A DNA stretch of 64,000 nt from an uncultured delta proteobacterium (GCA_963724765.1 CAVRVY010000004.1:1408001-1472000); one strand, 5' to 3'. Positions 10,187 to 19,717 are shown, counted from the first letter of the stretch. The notes: generated by a model from the sequence alone, not told the origin. Translations and numbers: made by a program.

Positions 10187-10957
10187 ATGGGCGAATTCGA
10201 CGGTAAGGTGGCTATCGTGACCGGCGGCACGCGCGGGCTGGGCCGCGCAACCGCGCTCAGGTTAGCCCGGGGCGGCGCAACGCTGGCGCTCAACTACCGC
10301 CGCGACGAGCGCAGCGCGCGGCACACACTGGAGGAAATTCGCGCGTTCGCGCCGCGCTCCATATTGCTGCAGGCCGATCTTGGCGAGGACGAGCAGGTGC
10401 GCGCGATGGTCCGGCGCGCCGGCGAGGAGCTTGGCCGCGTCGACATCCTGATCGCCAATGCCGCCGCGACCGCCTTTCGCCCGCTAACCGAGCTCAAGCC
10501 GCATCATCTTGCCCGCACCTTCAACCTGAGCGTCGGCGGCTTTGTCGCCGCGGTGCAGGAGAGCGCGCGCCTGATGGGCGCGGGCGGCCGCGTCGTGATG
10601 ATCTCGGGAATCGACTCGATTCGCTTCACCGCCGGACATGGCGCACTCGGCGCGGCCAAGGCGGCGCTCGAGAGCATGGTGCGCGACTTCGCCTTCGAGC
10701 TCGGCCCGCGCGGCATCACGGTCAACGGCGTCAACTTCGCGCTGATCGATAGCGACTCCTCGCGCCTTTACATGGGCGAGGACTTCGAACGGATCGCGCG
10801 CGCGGCGGCGGAGCGTTCGGCGCTCAAGCGCGTGGCCAGCGCCGACGCGATCGCGGCCGTGGTCTGTCTCATCTGTATGCTCGACGCCGCCTTTCTCACC
10901 GGGCAGACGATCATGGTTGACGGGGGCCTTTCGCTGGCCTCGCCGTTCGTGCCCTGA
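10187..10957 (+). CDS. SDR oxidoreductase, FabL-like enoyl-ACP reductase
   Basis: TGGTRGLG, NAAATAFRP, GAAKAALESMVR, GQTIMVDGG. Confidence 0.85.
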   Translation: MGEFDGKVAIVTGGTRGLGRATALRLARGGATLALNYRRDERSARHTLEEIRAFAPRSILLQADLGEDEQVRAMVRRAGEELGRVDILIANAAATAFRPLTELKPHHLARTFNLSVGGFVAAVQESARLMGAGGRVVMISGIDSIRFTAGHGALGAAKAALESMVRDFAFELGPRGITVNGVNFALIDSDSSRLYMGEDFERIARAAAERSALKRVASADAIAAVVCLICMLDAAFLTGQTIMVDGGLSLASPFVP

Positions 10958-10999
10958 TCGCGCAAGACTGCGAACTTGAGCCGCGATTAGCGGTCCCGG

Positions 11000-11788
11000 T
11001 TACACCCGGCAGAGCAGGCCGCCGTCGACTGCGATCGCCTCGCCGGTGACGAAACCCGACGCCGGCGAAGCCAGGTAAAGCAGCGCGCCGGCCAGTTCTT
11101 CGGGCCGCACCAGGCGCTTGTACGGCAGGTACTTGAGCAGGTTGGCCGCGAACTCGTCGTTGGCCAGCGCCGGGCTTCCCTCCTCGGTCATCCAGCCCGC
11201 TTCGAGCAGGTTGATACGGATGTTCTGGCGGGCCCATTCCAGCGCCAGCGCGCGCACCAGGTTCGCCACTGCGCCCTTGGCCGCGCAATAGAGCGACGCG
11301 CCGGGCACTCCGCGCTCCGCGAGCACCGAGCTGATGACGACGATCGAGCCGCCGCGCTGACGCATCGCGCGCGCGCTCTCCTGGCACGCCATCCACACGC
11401 TCTTCACATTGCTTACGATCACGCGATCGAAAATCGTGTCGTCGCCCGCCTCGGCCGGCGCGTAGTACGGCGCATCCAGCGCCGTCACCATCACGTCGAG
11501 CCCGCCCAGGTGCTTGACCGCCTTGTCGATCGTCGCGCGAACATCGGCACGGATGCTCGCGTTCTGCACCTGGGTTATCGGCGCCGCCTTGGCGCCGGCC
11601 GCCTGCACCGCCTTGACGATCTCCCTGATCTGCCCGTCGGTGCCCGGTTCCTGCGAGGCGATCATCAATCTCGCGCCGGCCTCGGCCATCGTCGCGGCGG
11701 CAATGCGGCCCGCCGGATGCTCCGCTCCAATAACCAACGCCGCCTTGTCGGCCAGCGTGAAATCGTTCAGTCCCTGGGGAAGCGCCAT
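11000..11788 (-). CDS. SDR oxidoreductase with an atypical cofactor-binding motif
   Basis: YCAAKGA catalytic motif and GEAIAVDGG. The glycine-rich loop is degenerate (VIGAEHPAG). Start MALPQG at 11788. Confidence 0.85.
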   Translation of the reverse strand: MALPQGLNDFTLADKAALVIGAEHPAGRIAAATMAEAGARLMIASQEPGTDGQIREIVKAVQAAGAKAAPITQVQNASIRADVRATIDKAVKHLGGLDVMVTALDAPYYAPAEAGDDTIFDRVIVSNVKSVWMACQESARAMRQRGGSIVVISSVLAERGVPGASLYCAAKGAVANLVRALALEWARQNIRINLLEAGWMTEEGSPALANDEFAANLLKYLPYKRLVRPEELAGALLYLASPASGFVTGEAIAVDGGLLCRV

Positions 11789-11805
11789 GATGCCCTCGCC
11801 TGCCT

Positions 11806-12600
11806 TCACGTGGTCGGCTGCGGCACGACGCCGGTGGGTGTGATGCCGCCGGCCAGTCCGCCGCCGTCGATCTTGATGAGCGCGCCGTTGATATGATTGG
11901 AAGCTTCCGAACTGAGAAAGATCGCCAACGGACCGACGTCCGCGTCCTGTCCGCCGCGGCCCATCGGGATGAACTTGCCGCCCTTGAAGAACGCCATCAG
12001 GCGCTCGTTGTGCGGAAAGATGCCGGGCACGATGCAGTTGGTCTGGATGTTGTAGTCGGCGTAGGTCAGCGCCATCGACCGCGTCAACTGCAACACCGCG
12101 CCCTTGGAACACGCATACATGTAGTTGTGTTTGCCGCCGCGCAATCCATAGCCCGAGGCGACGTTGATTATCTTGCCGCGCTTTTGCTTGAGCATCTGCG
12201 GAGTCACCGCGCGGCAGCCGTAGAACTGGCTGGAAAGGTTGATGTCGATGCCGCGGCGCCATTCCTCGTCGCTTATCTGGTCGATGGTCTTACCGAAGGA
12301 GTCCTCGCCGGCCCCGGCGTTGTTGATTAGCACGTCGATCTTGCCGAATTCCTTGACCGCCGCCGCGACCATCGCGCTTACGTCCTCGGAGCGCGAGACG
12401 TCGGTCGGCACGATCAGGCACTTGCGCCCGAGCTTGCGCACCTCGGCCGCAGTTTCCTCGAGTTGCTCGACCGTGCGCGCCGCGGCAACGATGTCGGCGC
12501 CGGCCCCGGCCAGACGCGTGGCCATCGCGCGGCCCAGGCCGCGGCCGGCCCCGGTGATAATCGCCAGCTTGCCGTCGAGTTTGAGATTGTCGGCAACCAT
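11806..12600 (-). CDS. SDR oxidoreductase (classical)
   Basis: TGAGRGLG, NNAG, YACSKG. GGAGG RBS. Confidence 0.92.
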   Translation of the reverse strand: MVADNLKLDGKLAIITGAGRGLGRAMATRLAGAGADIVAAARTVEQLEETAAEVRKLGRKCLIVPTDVSRSEDVSAMVAAAVKEFGKIDVLINNAGAGEDSFGKTIDQISDEEWRRGIDINLSSQFYGCRAVTPQMLKQKRGKIINVASGYGLRGGKHNYMYACSKGAVLQLTRSMALTYADYNIQTNCIVPGIFPHNERLMAFFKGGKFIPMGRGGQDADVGPLAIFLSSEASNHINGALIKIDGGGLAGGITPTGVVPQPTT

Positions 12601-12780
12601 GCTTCCTCCCGCCTATGCACGCGCGTCGTTGATTGATGCTCGCAGCCCACGCGCCGCTTGCCCTAGCTACTAACACAGCCGCACCACGCCTAGAAAGTTG
12701 CCGCCTTTCGGTACGCAGAAAGGTCGCTTTTGACCGGGCGGTAGGACGCGGCATATATTCGATAGAAAGGAGCAAAAGCG

Positions 12781-13404
12781 ATGGCGATTAACATCACGAT
12801 GTTCTCAGATTTCATCTGTCCCTTCTGCTATATCGGCTTCGCCACGTTGCGAAAGCTCAAGCCCGAATTCGATTTCACCGTACGTCACCGCGGCTTCCAG
12901 ATACATCCTGAATGGCCGGCTGAGGGAATGCCCGCCGAACAGTGGCGATCCGGTATGAGTCCGGCGGCGCGCGAGGCGCTCTGGGAGCGGATAAGCGCGA
13001 TGGGCGCGGCGGTGGGGTTGGAAATGAAAGCGCCCCGCACGCTCGCCAACTCGATGCTCGCGCTGCAGGCGGGCGAGTTCGCGGCGGAAGCCGGCGTAGC
13101 CAAGGCCTTCGAAGATCGCGTTTTTCGCGCCTACTTCTGCGAAGGGCTCAATATCGGCGAGCGCGACGTGCTGCTGGACCTCGGCGCAGAGGTCGGACTC
13201 GATCGCGTCGCGCTGGGTGAAGCGCTCGATTCAGCGAAGTACGCGATGCGTATCAAGAACAACGCCATGTCGGCCAGCCACAAGGGCATAAGCGGAGTCC
13301 CCACCTTGCTAATCGGCGACCTGCCGCTGGTCGGGGCGCAAAGCGAAGACGCGATGCGCCGCGTGCTGCAACGCGCCAGCGAAATGCTCGGGGTTGCTAA
13401 GTAG
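12781..13404 (+). CDS. DsbA family oxidoreductase (FrnE-like)
   Basis: FSDFICPFCYIG (CxxC), GISGVPT, GAQ. Confidence 0.92.
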   Translation: MAINITMFSDFICPFCYIGFATLRKLKPEFDFTVRHRGFQIHPEWPAEGMPAEQWRSGMSPAAREALWERISAMGAAVGLEMKAPRTLANSMLALQAGEFAAEAGVAKAFEDRVFRAYFCEGLNIGERDVLLDLGAEVGLDRVALGEALDSAKYAMRIKNNAMSASHKGISGVPTLLIGDLPLVGAQSEDAMRRVLQRASEMLGVAK

Positions 13405-13454
13405 CCGAAGTGCGATGCGAGCCGGCTGGCGCTCAGATTCGCCACTGAACTGAT

Positions 13455-13700
13455 ATGCTTGACACCGTGAAGCCTGCCGGCGAGACGATTCGGCTCGACC
13501 TCAGAGGTGTCAAGTGTCCACTCAATTGGGCCCATGCCAAGGTGCGGCTGGAGCGGATGGCGCTCGGCGAGACTCTTGAATTAACGCTTGACGATCCGCG
13601 CGGCGTGCGCGATATACCGCGGGCGGCCGAAGCCGAAGGCTACGCCGTCGTCGAAACGCGGGCGGTTGACGGCGGCTGGATACTCAGAATCGAAAGATAG
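13455..13700 (+). CDS. TusA/SirA family sulfur carrier
   Basis: LDLRGVKCPLN, GETLEL.LDDP...DIP. Confidence 0.9.
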   Translation: MLDTVKPAGETIRLDLRGVKCPLNWAHAKVRLERMALGETLELTLDDPRGVRDIPRAAEAEGYAVVETRAVDGGWILRIER

Positions 13701-13711
13701 CCTGCGAGTGA

Positions 13712-14605
13712 CTACATCCCAATCAGATCGGCCCGCTCGATGACGTGGCGAATGCCGCGCACGGACGCGACGTCGATCATCACGCCCTCGTAAGTCACGG
13801 CGCCAAGTCCGTCGGCCTCGGCCTTGGCATAGACCTCGGCCATCTTGCGCGCGCGCGCAACCTCATCCTTGGTCGGCGAATACACTTCGTTGGCGAGATC
13901 GATCTGGCTCGGATGAATCGCCCATTTGCCGACGAAGCCGAGTATCGACGCCCAGGTCGCCTCGCGCCGGTAGCCGTCGGGGTCGTGAAAGTCGGCGAAT
14001 GGGCCGTCGATCGCATCGATTCCCGCCGCGCGCGCCGCAACCACGATCTTGTTGCGCGCGTAATGCCACATGTCACCCGGATAGCCCGCGGCGCCCTTGG
14101 CCGGAAAACGTACGCCCTGCGAAGCGCTGAAGTCGCCAGGGCCGAAAATGATCGCTTCCAGGCGCGGCGTGCATCGCGCGATCTCTTCGACATTGATCAG
14201 CGCCTGCACTTCCTCAATTAGCACTTCGAGCCCGATGCGCCGTTTGCGCTTGAGCCTCATCTCGACGCCCGAGAGCAAGGTGTCGACGAACCAGAGATCG
14301 CGCGGCGCCTTGACCTTCGGAATGATTATCAGGTCTAGGTTGTCGCCGGCCTTCTCGGCAAGCTCGATCACTTCTTGGTAGGCGTATTCGGTCTCGACAT
14401 TGTTGATGCGGACGGCGCGGGTTTTCTTGCCCCAGTTAAGGCCGTTCAGCGCGTCGATAACCCGCTTGCGTGCGGCCACCTTTTCGTTCGGCGCGACCGA
14501 ATCCTCCAGATCGAGGAAGACGAGATCGGCGGTGCTGGCCGCCGCGCGCTCAATCATCCGCTCGTTGCTGCCCGGGGTGGAGAGTTCCGACCTGCGAAGA
14601 CGCAT
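13712..14605 (-). CDS. CitE/HpcH-family CoA-ester lyase (malyl-/beta-methylmalyl-/citramalyl-CoA lyase-like)
   Basis: RRSELSTPGSN, DLVFLDLEDSVAP, VRIN, FGPGDFSASQG, DGPF, GKWAIHPSQI. Confidence 0.9.
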   Translation of the reverse strand: MRLRRSELSTPGSNERMIERAAASTADLVFLDLEDSVAPNEKVAARKRVIDALNGLNWGKKTRAVRINNVETEYAYQEVIELAEKAGDNLDLIIIPKVKAPRDLWFVDTLLSGVEMRLKRKRRIGLEVLIEEVQALINVEEIARCTPRLEAIIFGPGDFSASQGVRFPAKGAAGYPGDMWHYARNKIVVAARAAGIDAIDGPFADFHDPDGYRREATWASILGFVGKWAIHPSQIDLANEVYSPTKDEVARARKMAEVYAKAEADGLGAVTYEGVMIDVASVRGIRHVIERADLIGM

Positions 14606-14707
14606 CGTTGTGGTCCTTTTTGTATAGCTGTCGTGTAGCGTCTGTATAACGCTTGCCTTGCTGCCCGCCGACGGCCGATGCCGCCGAATTTCGCCGGGAG
14701 CGCGCGG

Positions 14708-15394
14708 CTATCGCCGCCGCCGGCGCGCGCCGGCGCCCTTCTTCGCCGCCGCGCCGCGCGCGCGCACTGCGCGCCGCGCCGGCGGCTTCTGCTGCGCCGG
14801 GACGCTCCGCCCCGGCGCGCGCGAGCGTGCCGGCTTCGCCGGCACGCTCGCGCGCAGGTGAAACGCGCGGCGCTTGAGCAACACGCGCCGCTCGCCTTCG
14901 AACACCACCTCGCCGCGCTCGTTCACGCCCCAGTGGCGAAAGCGCACTTCGCCAACCTCGGCGCGGTTGAACCGCGCGAGGTCGGGCCGCCCGGCCGCGG
15001 CCGCGTCAAAGTCGCACGTCTCCATCACTTCGGAAAACGCGTAGAGCGTGTCGCCATGCAGGACGGGGGTTCGAAATCGAATCTTGTCCAGCGCCAGTTC
15101 GGCCAGCGCCTGCTCGCCCGTATCTTCCATCGCCAGGCCGATCACCAGCGAGGCGGTGACGCCGCCGAAGGTGATGCGATGACCGATCGGGTTGGACGCC
15201 ATCAGGTGCTCGTTGAAATGGCCCTGCGCCGTGTTCATCACCAGGTTGGTGATGAGCACGTTGTCGATCTCGCCGACCGTCTTGCCGCGCGCGTGCTCGT
15301 AAACGTCGCCGACGTTGAAGTCCTCGAAGTAATTGTCGCGCCCGGTCAGGTTCTGCGGCCCGGATGCGAATCCATTTCCTGTTTCAGCAGCCAT
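14708..15394 (-). CDS. MaoC-family (R)-hydratase with a basic C-terminal tail
   Basis: NYFEDFNVGDVYEHARGKTVGEIDN...N...HFN, PVLHGDTLYA.SEV. Confidence 0.88.
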   Translation of the reverse strand: MAAETGNGFASGPQNLTGRDNYFEDFNVGDVYEHARGKTVGEIDNVLITNLVMNTAQGHFNEHLMASNPIGHRITFGGVTASLVIGLAMEDTGEQALAELALDKIRFRTPVLHGDTLYAFSEVMETCDFDAAAAGRPDLARFNRAEVGEVRFRHWGVNERGEVVFEGERRVLLKRRAFHLRASVPAKPARSRAPGRSVPAQQKPPARRAVRARGAAAKKGAGARRRRR

Positions 15395-15419
15395 CTTGTC
15401 CGTTCTCGCCTCGCGGCCG

Positions 15420-16574
15420 CTAGTCCTGCGGCCCCAGCAGCCGATCCGAAATCACGCGGAGTTGGATTTGCGAGGTACCCTCGAAAATCTTGGTCAACCG
15501 CGCGTCGCGCCAGTAGCGCTCGATCGCAAAATCCTTGGTGTAGCCGTAACCGCCGTGAATCTGCAGCGCGTCGCTGGTCACCCGCTCGGCCATCTCGGAA
15601 GCGAACCACTTCACCATCGAGGCTTCCTTGTCGCAGCGCCGTTTGCTGTCGACCTCATTGGCGACGAAGTACATGAGCTGGCGCGCGGCCTCTATATTGG
15701 CGGCCATTTCGGCAAGCTTGAAGCGGATCGCCTGGAAGTCGCCGATGGGATGGCCGAATTGCGAGCGGCGCTTGGCGTATTCCACGGAATCGTCCAGCCC
15801 GCCGCGCGCGAGCCCAATCGCGCGCGCCGCCGTATGCACCCGCGCGGTCTCCAGCCCCGACATCATCGCGTAGAATCCGCGCCCTTCCTCGCCCAGCAGG
15901 GCAGCGGCCGGCAGATGAAAGTTGTCGAAGTGCAGCTCGAAAGTCTTCCAGCCGAAGTAGCCGATCTTGCGAATCGGCGATCCCGTAATCCCGGGCGGAA
16001 ATTTGCCGCGCTCTTTTTGGATCAGGAACTGGCTGATGCCGACGTGGCGGCGCTTGGAATCGGTCGGCGGCGAGGTGCGCGCGAACAGCACGATATAATC
16101 GGCGCCGTCGGCGAACGTGCACCAGGTCTTGGTGCCGTTGATCACCCATTCATCGCCCTGGCGCGTGGCCTTGCACGCGACACTGGCGAGGTCCGAACCC
16201 GCGTCGGGCTCGGAAAGCGAAAACGCGCCCAGCCATTCGCCGCGCGCGATTTTCGGAAAATAGCGGCGCTTGTCCTCTTCGGTAACGCCGCCCCACAGCG
16301 AATTGCCGCGCGCGATGATGCTGGCGACGCTCATCCAGGCCCGCGCCAGTTCCTCGGTCACCAGCGCGTACTCGAACGCGCCGAGGCCCAGGCCGCCGTA
16401 CTCCTCGGGAATCAGGATGCCGAAGTAGCCCAGTTCGGCCATCTTGTCGCGCAACGACATCGGGATGTCGCCCTGCTCGGGGTCGAGCTTGTTGGCGATG
16501 GGCAGGACCTGCTCGAGCGCAAAGTCACGCGCCATCTGCTGAATCAGCTTGCGCTCCTCGGTTATGTAACTCAT
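15420..16574 (-). CDS. Acyl-CoA dehydrogenase (methylsuccinyl-CoA dehydrogenase-like by context)
   Basis: FSLSEPDAGSD, NGTKTWCT, R.QFGHPI..FQ, QIHGGYGY, IFEGTSQIQ. Start MSYITEER overlaps the upstream stop (ATGA). Confidence 0.92.
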   Translation of the reverse strand: MSYITEERKLIQQMARDFALEQVLPIANKLDPEQGDIPMSLRDKMAELGYFGILIPEEYGGLGLGAFEYALVTEELARAWMSVASIIARGNSLWGGVTEEDKRRYFPKIARGEWLGAFSLSEPDAGSDLASVACKATRQGDEWVINGTKTWCTFADGADYIVLFARTSPPTDSKRRHVGISQFLIQKERGKFPPGITGSPIRKIGYFGWKTFELHFDNFHLPAAALLGEEGRGFYAMMSGLETARVHTAARAIGLARGGLDDSVEYAKRRSQFGHPIGDFQAIRFKLAEMAANIEAARQLMYFVANEVDSKRRCDKEASMVKWFASEMAERVTSDALQIHGGYGYTKDFAIERYWRDARLTKIFEGTSQIQLRVISDRLLGPQD

Positions 16575-17062
16575 GGATGGGCGTTCCTTTTGCTCACCAG
16601 GTTGGTGCGGCGGAAGTCGATCACCAGCTCGCCGCGGCTGTTGTGCCCCTCGGTGTGCCAACTCACGATTCCACTTTCGGGCCGGCTGGCCGACTCGCGT
16701 TTGTCCAGCACCGTGCTGCGGGCGCTGAGCGTTTCGCCGGGATAGACGGTGCTATGGAATTTCAGATCGTCGACACCCAGGAACAGACCGCCCGCCTCGC
16801 TCAGGTCCTCAACTGAAAGTCCGAAGACCGTCAGGAAAACCAGCATCGGATTCAGCACGACGCTGCCATGGCCGTGGGCACGCGCATAGTCGGCGTTGAA
16901 GTACAGAGGGTTGAAACTGAGCGTCAGGGTCGAGAACAGGCTGTTGTCGCCGTCGTTGAGCGTGCGTCCCCAATGATGCTGGTAGACATGGCCGAGTTTG
17001 AAATCCTCGTAATGATTTCCCTTGGGCCATTTTTTGGCCCGCGATTTGAAATCTTCACTCAT
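16571..17062 (-). CDS. MaoC-family (R)-hydratase
   Basis: GNHYEDFKLG...HHWGRTLNDGDNSLF...NPLYFN, VYPGETL.A.STV. Confidence 0.9.
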   Translation of the reverse strand: MSEDFKSRAKKWPKGNHYEDFKLGHVYQHHWGRTLNDGDNSLFSTLTLSFNPLYFNADYARAHGHGSVVLNPMLVFLTVFGLSVEDLSEAGGLFLGVDDLKFHSTVYPGETLSARSTVLDKRESASRPESGIVSWHTEGHNSRGELVIDFRRTNLVSKRNAHP

Positions 17063-17289
17063 TCCCGTACTCCGAATTCATCCGCCCATGCCGCTGTGGC
17101 AATTGGCGTTAATGCCGATGCGCCCGGTCATAGGAGCATAGACAACCGGCGCCATATTGGCGAGTTTGGCCCCATCGAGGCAAGGCTGCGATCGCTGAGC
17201 CGAGAACCTGTCTTGGACGGTATCTCACCCCATGGTATCGTCACTAATACCGGACGGATGTAGCAAGAGAGACGCGGGAGAGCACCGAT

Positions 17290-17784
17290 ATGCGTAAGTG
17301 GACGGCCTCGATAGCTCTGCTGGCGGTTTTGGCCCTCGCGGGTGCCGCGCCGGCGAGGGCCGGTGGCGGCTCGTCCGCATGGAGCAAGCTTTCGGCGCTG
17401 CTCGGGAACAAGCATGATGCCGACAACTTCAAACTTATCCACGTCGCTGACCTCGCCGCGCTCAGGGCCGATCCAAATTCGCATGTCGTGATCCTCGACG
17501 CCAACGTCCAGGACACGCGCAACAAATACGGCGTGATCCCGGGAGCGCGGCTGCTTCCTTCCTACGACAACTACGACGTTGCGACGGAGCTGCCGCCCGC
17601 GAAAAATGCCAAGCTGGTTTTCTACTGCGCCAATACGCGTTGAATGGCCTCGCACGGCGCCGCCCGGCGGGCGGTCGCAGCAGGCTACACGGACGTGAGC
17701 GTGATGGTCGACGGAATCAAGGGATGGGACGCGGCCGGCCAACCTCACGACCACGCGGCGTCGGCTCAGCACGCGGCGATGTGA
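17290..17784 (+). CDS. Exported rhodanese-domain sulfurtransferase, putative selenoprotein (Sec118, UGA at 17641-17643)
   Basis: Signal peptide ending ARA. ILDAN...IPGA...LVFYCANTR-[TGA]-MASHGAARRAVAAGYTDVSVMVDGIKGW continues the rhodanese fold in frame to TGA 17782-17784. Hairpin downstream of the UGA. Confidence 0.85.
17659..17675 (+). promoter_or_regulatory. Candidate bacterial SECIS hairpin of the rhodanese gene
   Basis: GCCGCCC-GGC-GGGCGGT: 7-bp stem with one G-U pair. The loop starts with G, 23 nt after the UGA. Confidence 0.6.
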
Positions 17785-17869
17785 ACCTTACCGCGTCGGC
17801 ATTCGACCACATCCCGGTAATCATTTTCCTTCGCTGCGGATTTCACCACATTTTGCGACAAGGCATCGC

Positions 17870-19672
17870 GTGGCGCGGCTAACCGGAACATCGCCGGAGG
17901 CCCTCGATACCGCGCCGCGCGAGATCACACCTCGCGCGATCGTGCTTGGCCTTGCACTCGCGTTGCTGCTCGGTGCGGCCAACGCGTATCTCGGGCTGTA
18001 CGCCGGAATGACCGTCTCGGCGAGCATCCCTGCCGCGGTGATTTCGATGGCGGTGCTGCGAGCGCTCGGCCGCGCGACGATTCTCGAAAACAACGTAGTG
18101 CAGACGATAGCCTCGGCCGGAGAAGCGGTCGCGGCGGGCGCGATCTTCACTTTTCCCGCACTCGTGGTGCTGGGCGAGACCGCGGCGCTGCCCTACCGCG
18201 ACGTCACGATGCTGTGTGCGGCGGGGGCCGCGATGGGCAGTCTGCTGGTGGTCTTTTTGCGCCGCGCCTACATCGTCGACGAGCGCCTGCCGTTCCCCGA
18301 AGGCGTCGCATGCGCCGAAGTCTTGCGCGCCGGCGAGGTGGGCGGGGCCAGCGCGTTGCCGCTTTTGTGGGGCGGACTAGCCGCGGCCGCGCTCAAGGCA
18401 TCGCAGGACATCGTCGGCGCGATACCAGGCGCCGTGCAGTCCGCGCGATGGATCGGCACGCGCGTTGTTGCCGGATCGGCCGACCTCTCGGCGGCGCTGC
18501 CGGCCATCGGATACATCGTCGGAATTCGAATCGCTAGCCTGGTCTTCGGGGGCGGCGCCTTCGCCTGGCTCGTCGCGATACCAGTCATGAGCGCGTACCA
18601 TCCCGAGTTGCGCCAGCTCGATCCACAGGTGGCGGCGCACACGATCTGGAGCGGACAGGTGCGCTATCTCGGCGTGGGCGCGATGCTGGTCGGCGGACTC
18701 GCGACGCTATGGCGCCTGCGTACGCCGATTGGACGCGCGCTCGGCGAGAGCATCCGCGTGGCGCGTGCGACTCAGACGGTGGCCGTGGCACGCGAGGACC
18801 GGGACCTCTCGACCACGGCGGTGCTGGGCGCGGTCGCGCTCGCGATCCCGCTCATCTTCGCAATCTGCCTCATTCTGTCGGGTAGCGTATTCCTCAGCGC
18901 GGCGCTCGCGATCGCGCTCGCGTTCATCGGCTTCTTCGCTACCGCGATCGCCGGCTACCTGACCGGAATCGTCGGCGCGTCGAACAATCCAGTTTCCGGC
19001 GTAACGATCATCGTGCTGCTGGCGATCGCTCTGCTGCTGAAACTGTGGGGCGTGCCGGCTGGTGTCGGCCCGCACCTGGCGATCACCGCCGGCGCGGTGG
19101 TGTGCACGGCGGCCGCGATGGCGGGTGACTCCTTGCACGACCTCGCCACCGGATACCACGTCCGCGCGACGCCGCGCTCGCTCGAAATCTCCGTGTTGCT
19201 GGGCGCGCTGGCCTCGTCGCTCGTGATGGCGCCGATCCTCAATATGCTGATTCGCGGCTATGGAATCGCCGGCACGCCGGGCGCGCGCGCCGGTGCGCTG
19301 GCCGCGCCGCAGGCTTTCCTGATGGCGAAAGTGGCGCAGGGCGTTTTCGTGGGCGGCCTGCCGTGGGGCGCGGTCGCCGCGGGCGCGCTGCTCGCCGTGG
19401 CGCTGGTGGTCATCGATCAGATTCTGGAGCGGCGTGGCGCGCGATGGCGGACGCCGGTGATGCCGGTCGCGATCGGGCTTTACCTGCCGTTGGGGCTGAG
19501 CGTGGCGATCTTTCTGGGCTCGCTGACGCGGCTGATGCGCCGTGACGGCGACCGCGAGAGCAATAGCGGCCCGGGGTTGCTGTTCGCAGCCGGACTGGTG
19601 GCCGGCGAGGCGCTGATGGGTGTGCTGAGCGGCGCACTCGTGACCGTGGGAATCAAGCTGCCGCTGATGTGA
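17870..19672 (+). CDS. OPT-family oligopeptide transporter
   Basis: EIT.RA..LG, NAYLGLYAGMTVSASIPAAVIS, ENN.VQT.ASAGE, LPFPEG.ACAEVL, SNNPVSG, APQA.LMA. Many TM helices. Confidence 0.95.
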   Translation: MARLTGTSPEALDTAPREITPRAIVLGLALALLLGAANAYLGLYAGMTVSASIPAAVISMAVLRALGRATILENNVVQTIASAGEAVAAGAIFTFPALVVLGETAALPYRDVTMLCAAGAAMGSLLVVFLRRAYIVDERLPFPEGVACAEVLRAGEVGGASALPLLWGGLAAAALKASQDIVGAIPGAVQSARWIGTRVVAGSADLSAALPAIGYIVGIRIASLVFGGGAFAWLVAIPVMSAYHPELRQLDPQVAAHTIWSGQVRYLGVGAMLVGGLATLWRLRTPIGRALGESIRVARATQTVAVAREDRDLSTTAVLGAVALAIPLIFAICLILSGSVFLSAALAIALAFIGFFATAIAGYLTGIVGASNNPVSGVTIIVLLAIALLLKLWGVPAGVGPHLAITAGAVVCTAAAMAGDSLHDLATGYHVRATPRSLEISVLLGALASSLVMAPILNMLIRGYGIAGTPGARAGALAAPQAFLMAKVAQGVFVGGLPWGAVAAGALLAVALVVIDQILERRGARWRTPVMPVAIGLYLPLGLSVAIFLGSLTRLMRRDGDRESNSGPGLLFAAGLVAGEALMGVLSGALVTVGIKLPLM

Positions 19673-19680
19673 GCCGAACC

Positions 19681-19694
19681 CCCTCGAAAGAGGG
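19681..19694 (+). terminator. Short GAAA-tetraloop hairpin after the OPT gene
   Basis: CCCTC-GAAA-GAGGG, 8 nt after the stop. Weak U tail. Confidence 0.4.
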
Positions 19695-19717
19695 ATTGAT
19701 CGCGGCCGCTTGGCAGA

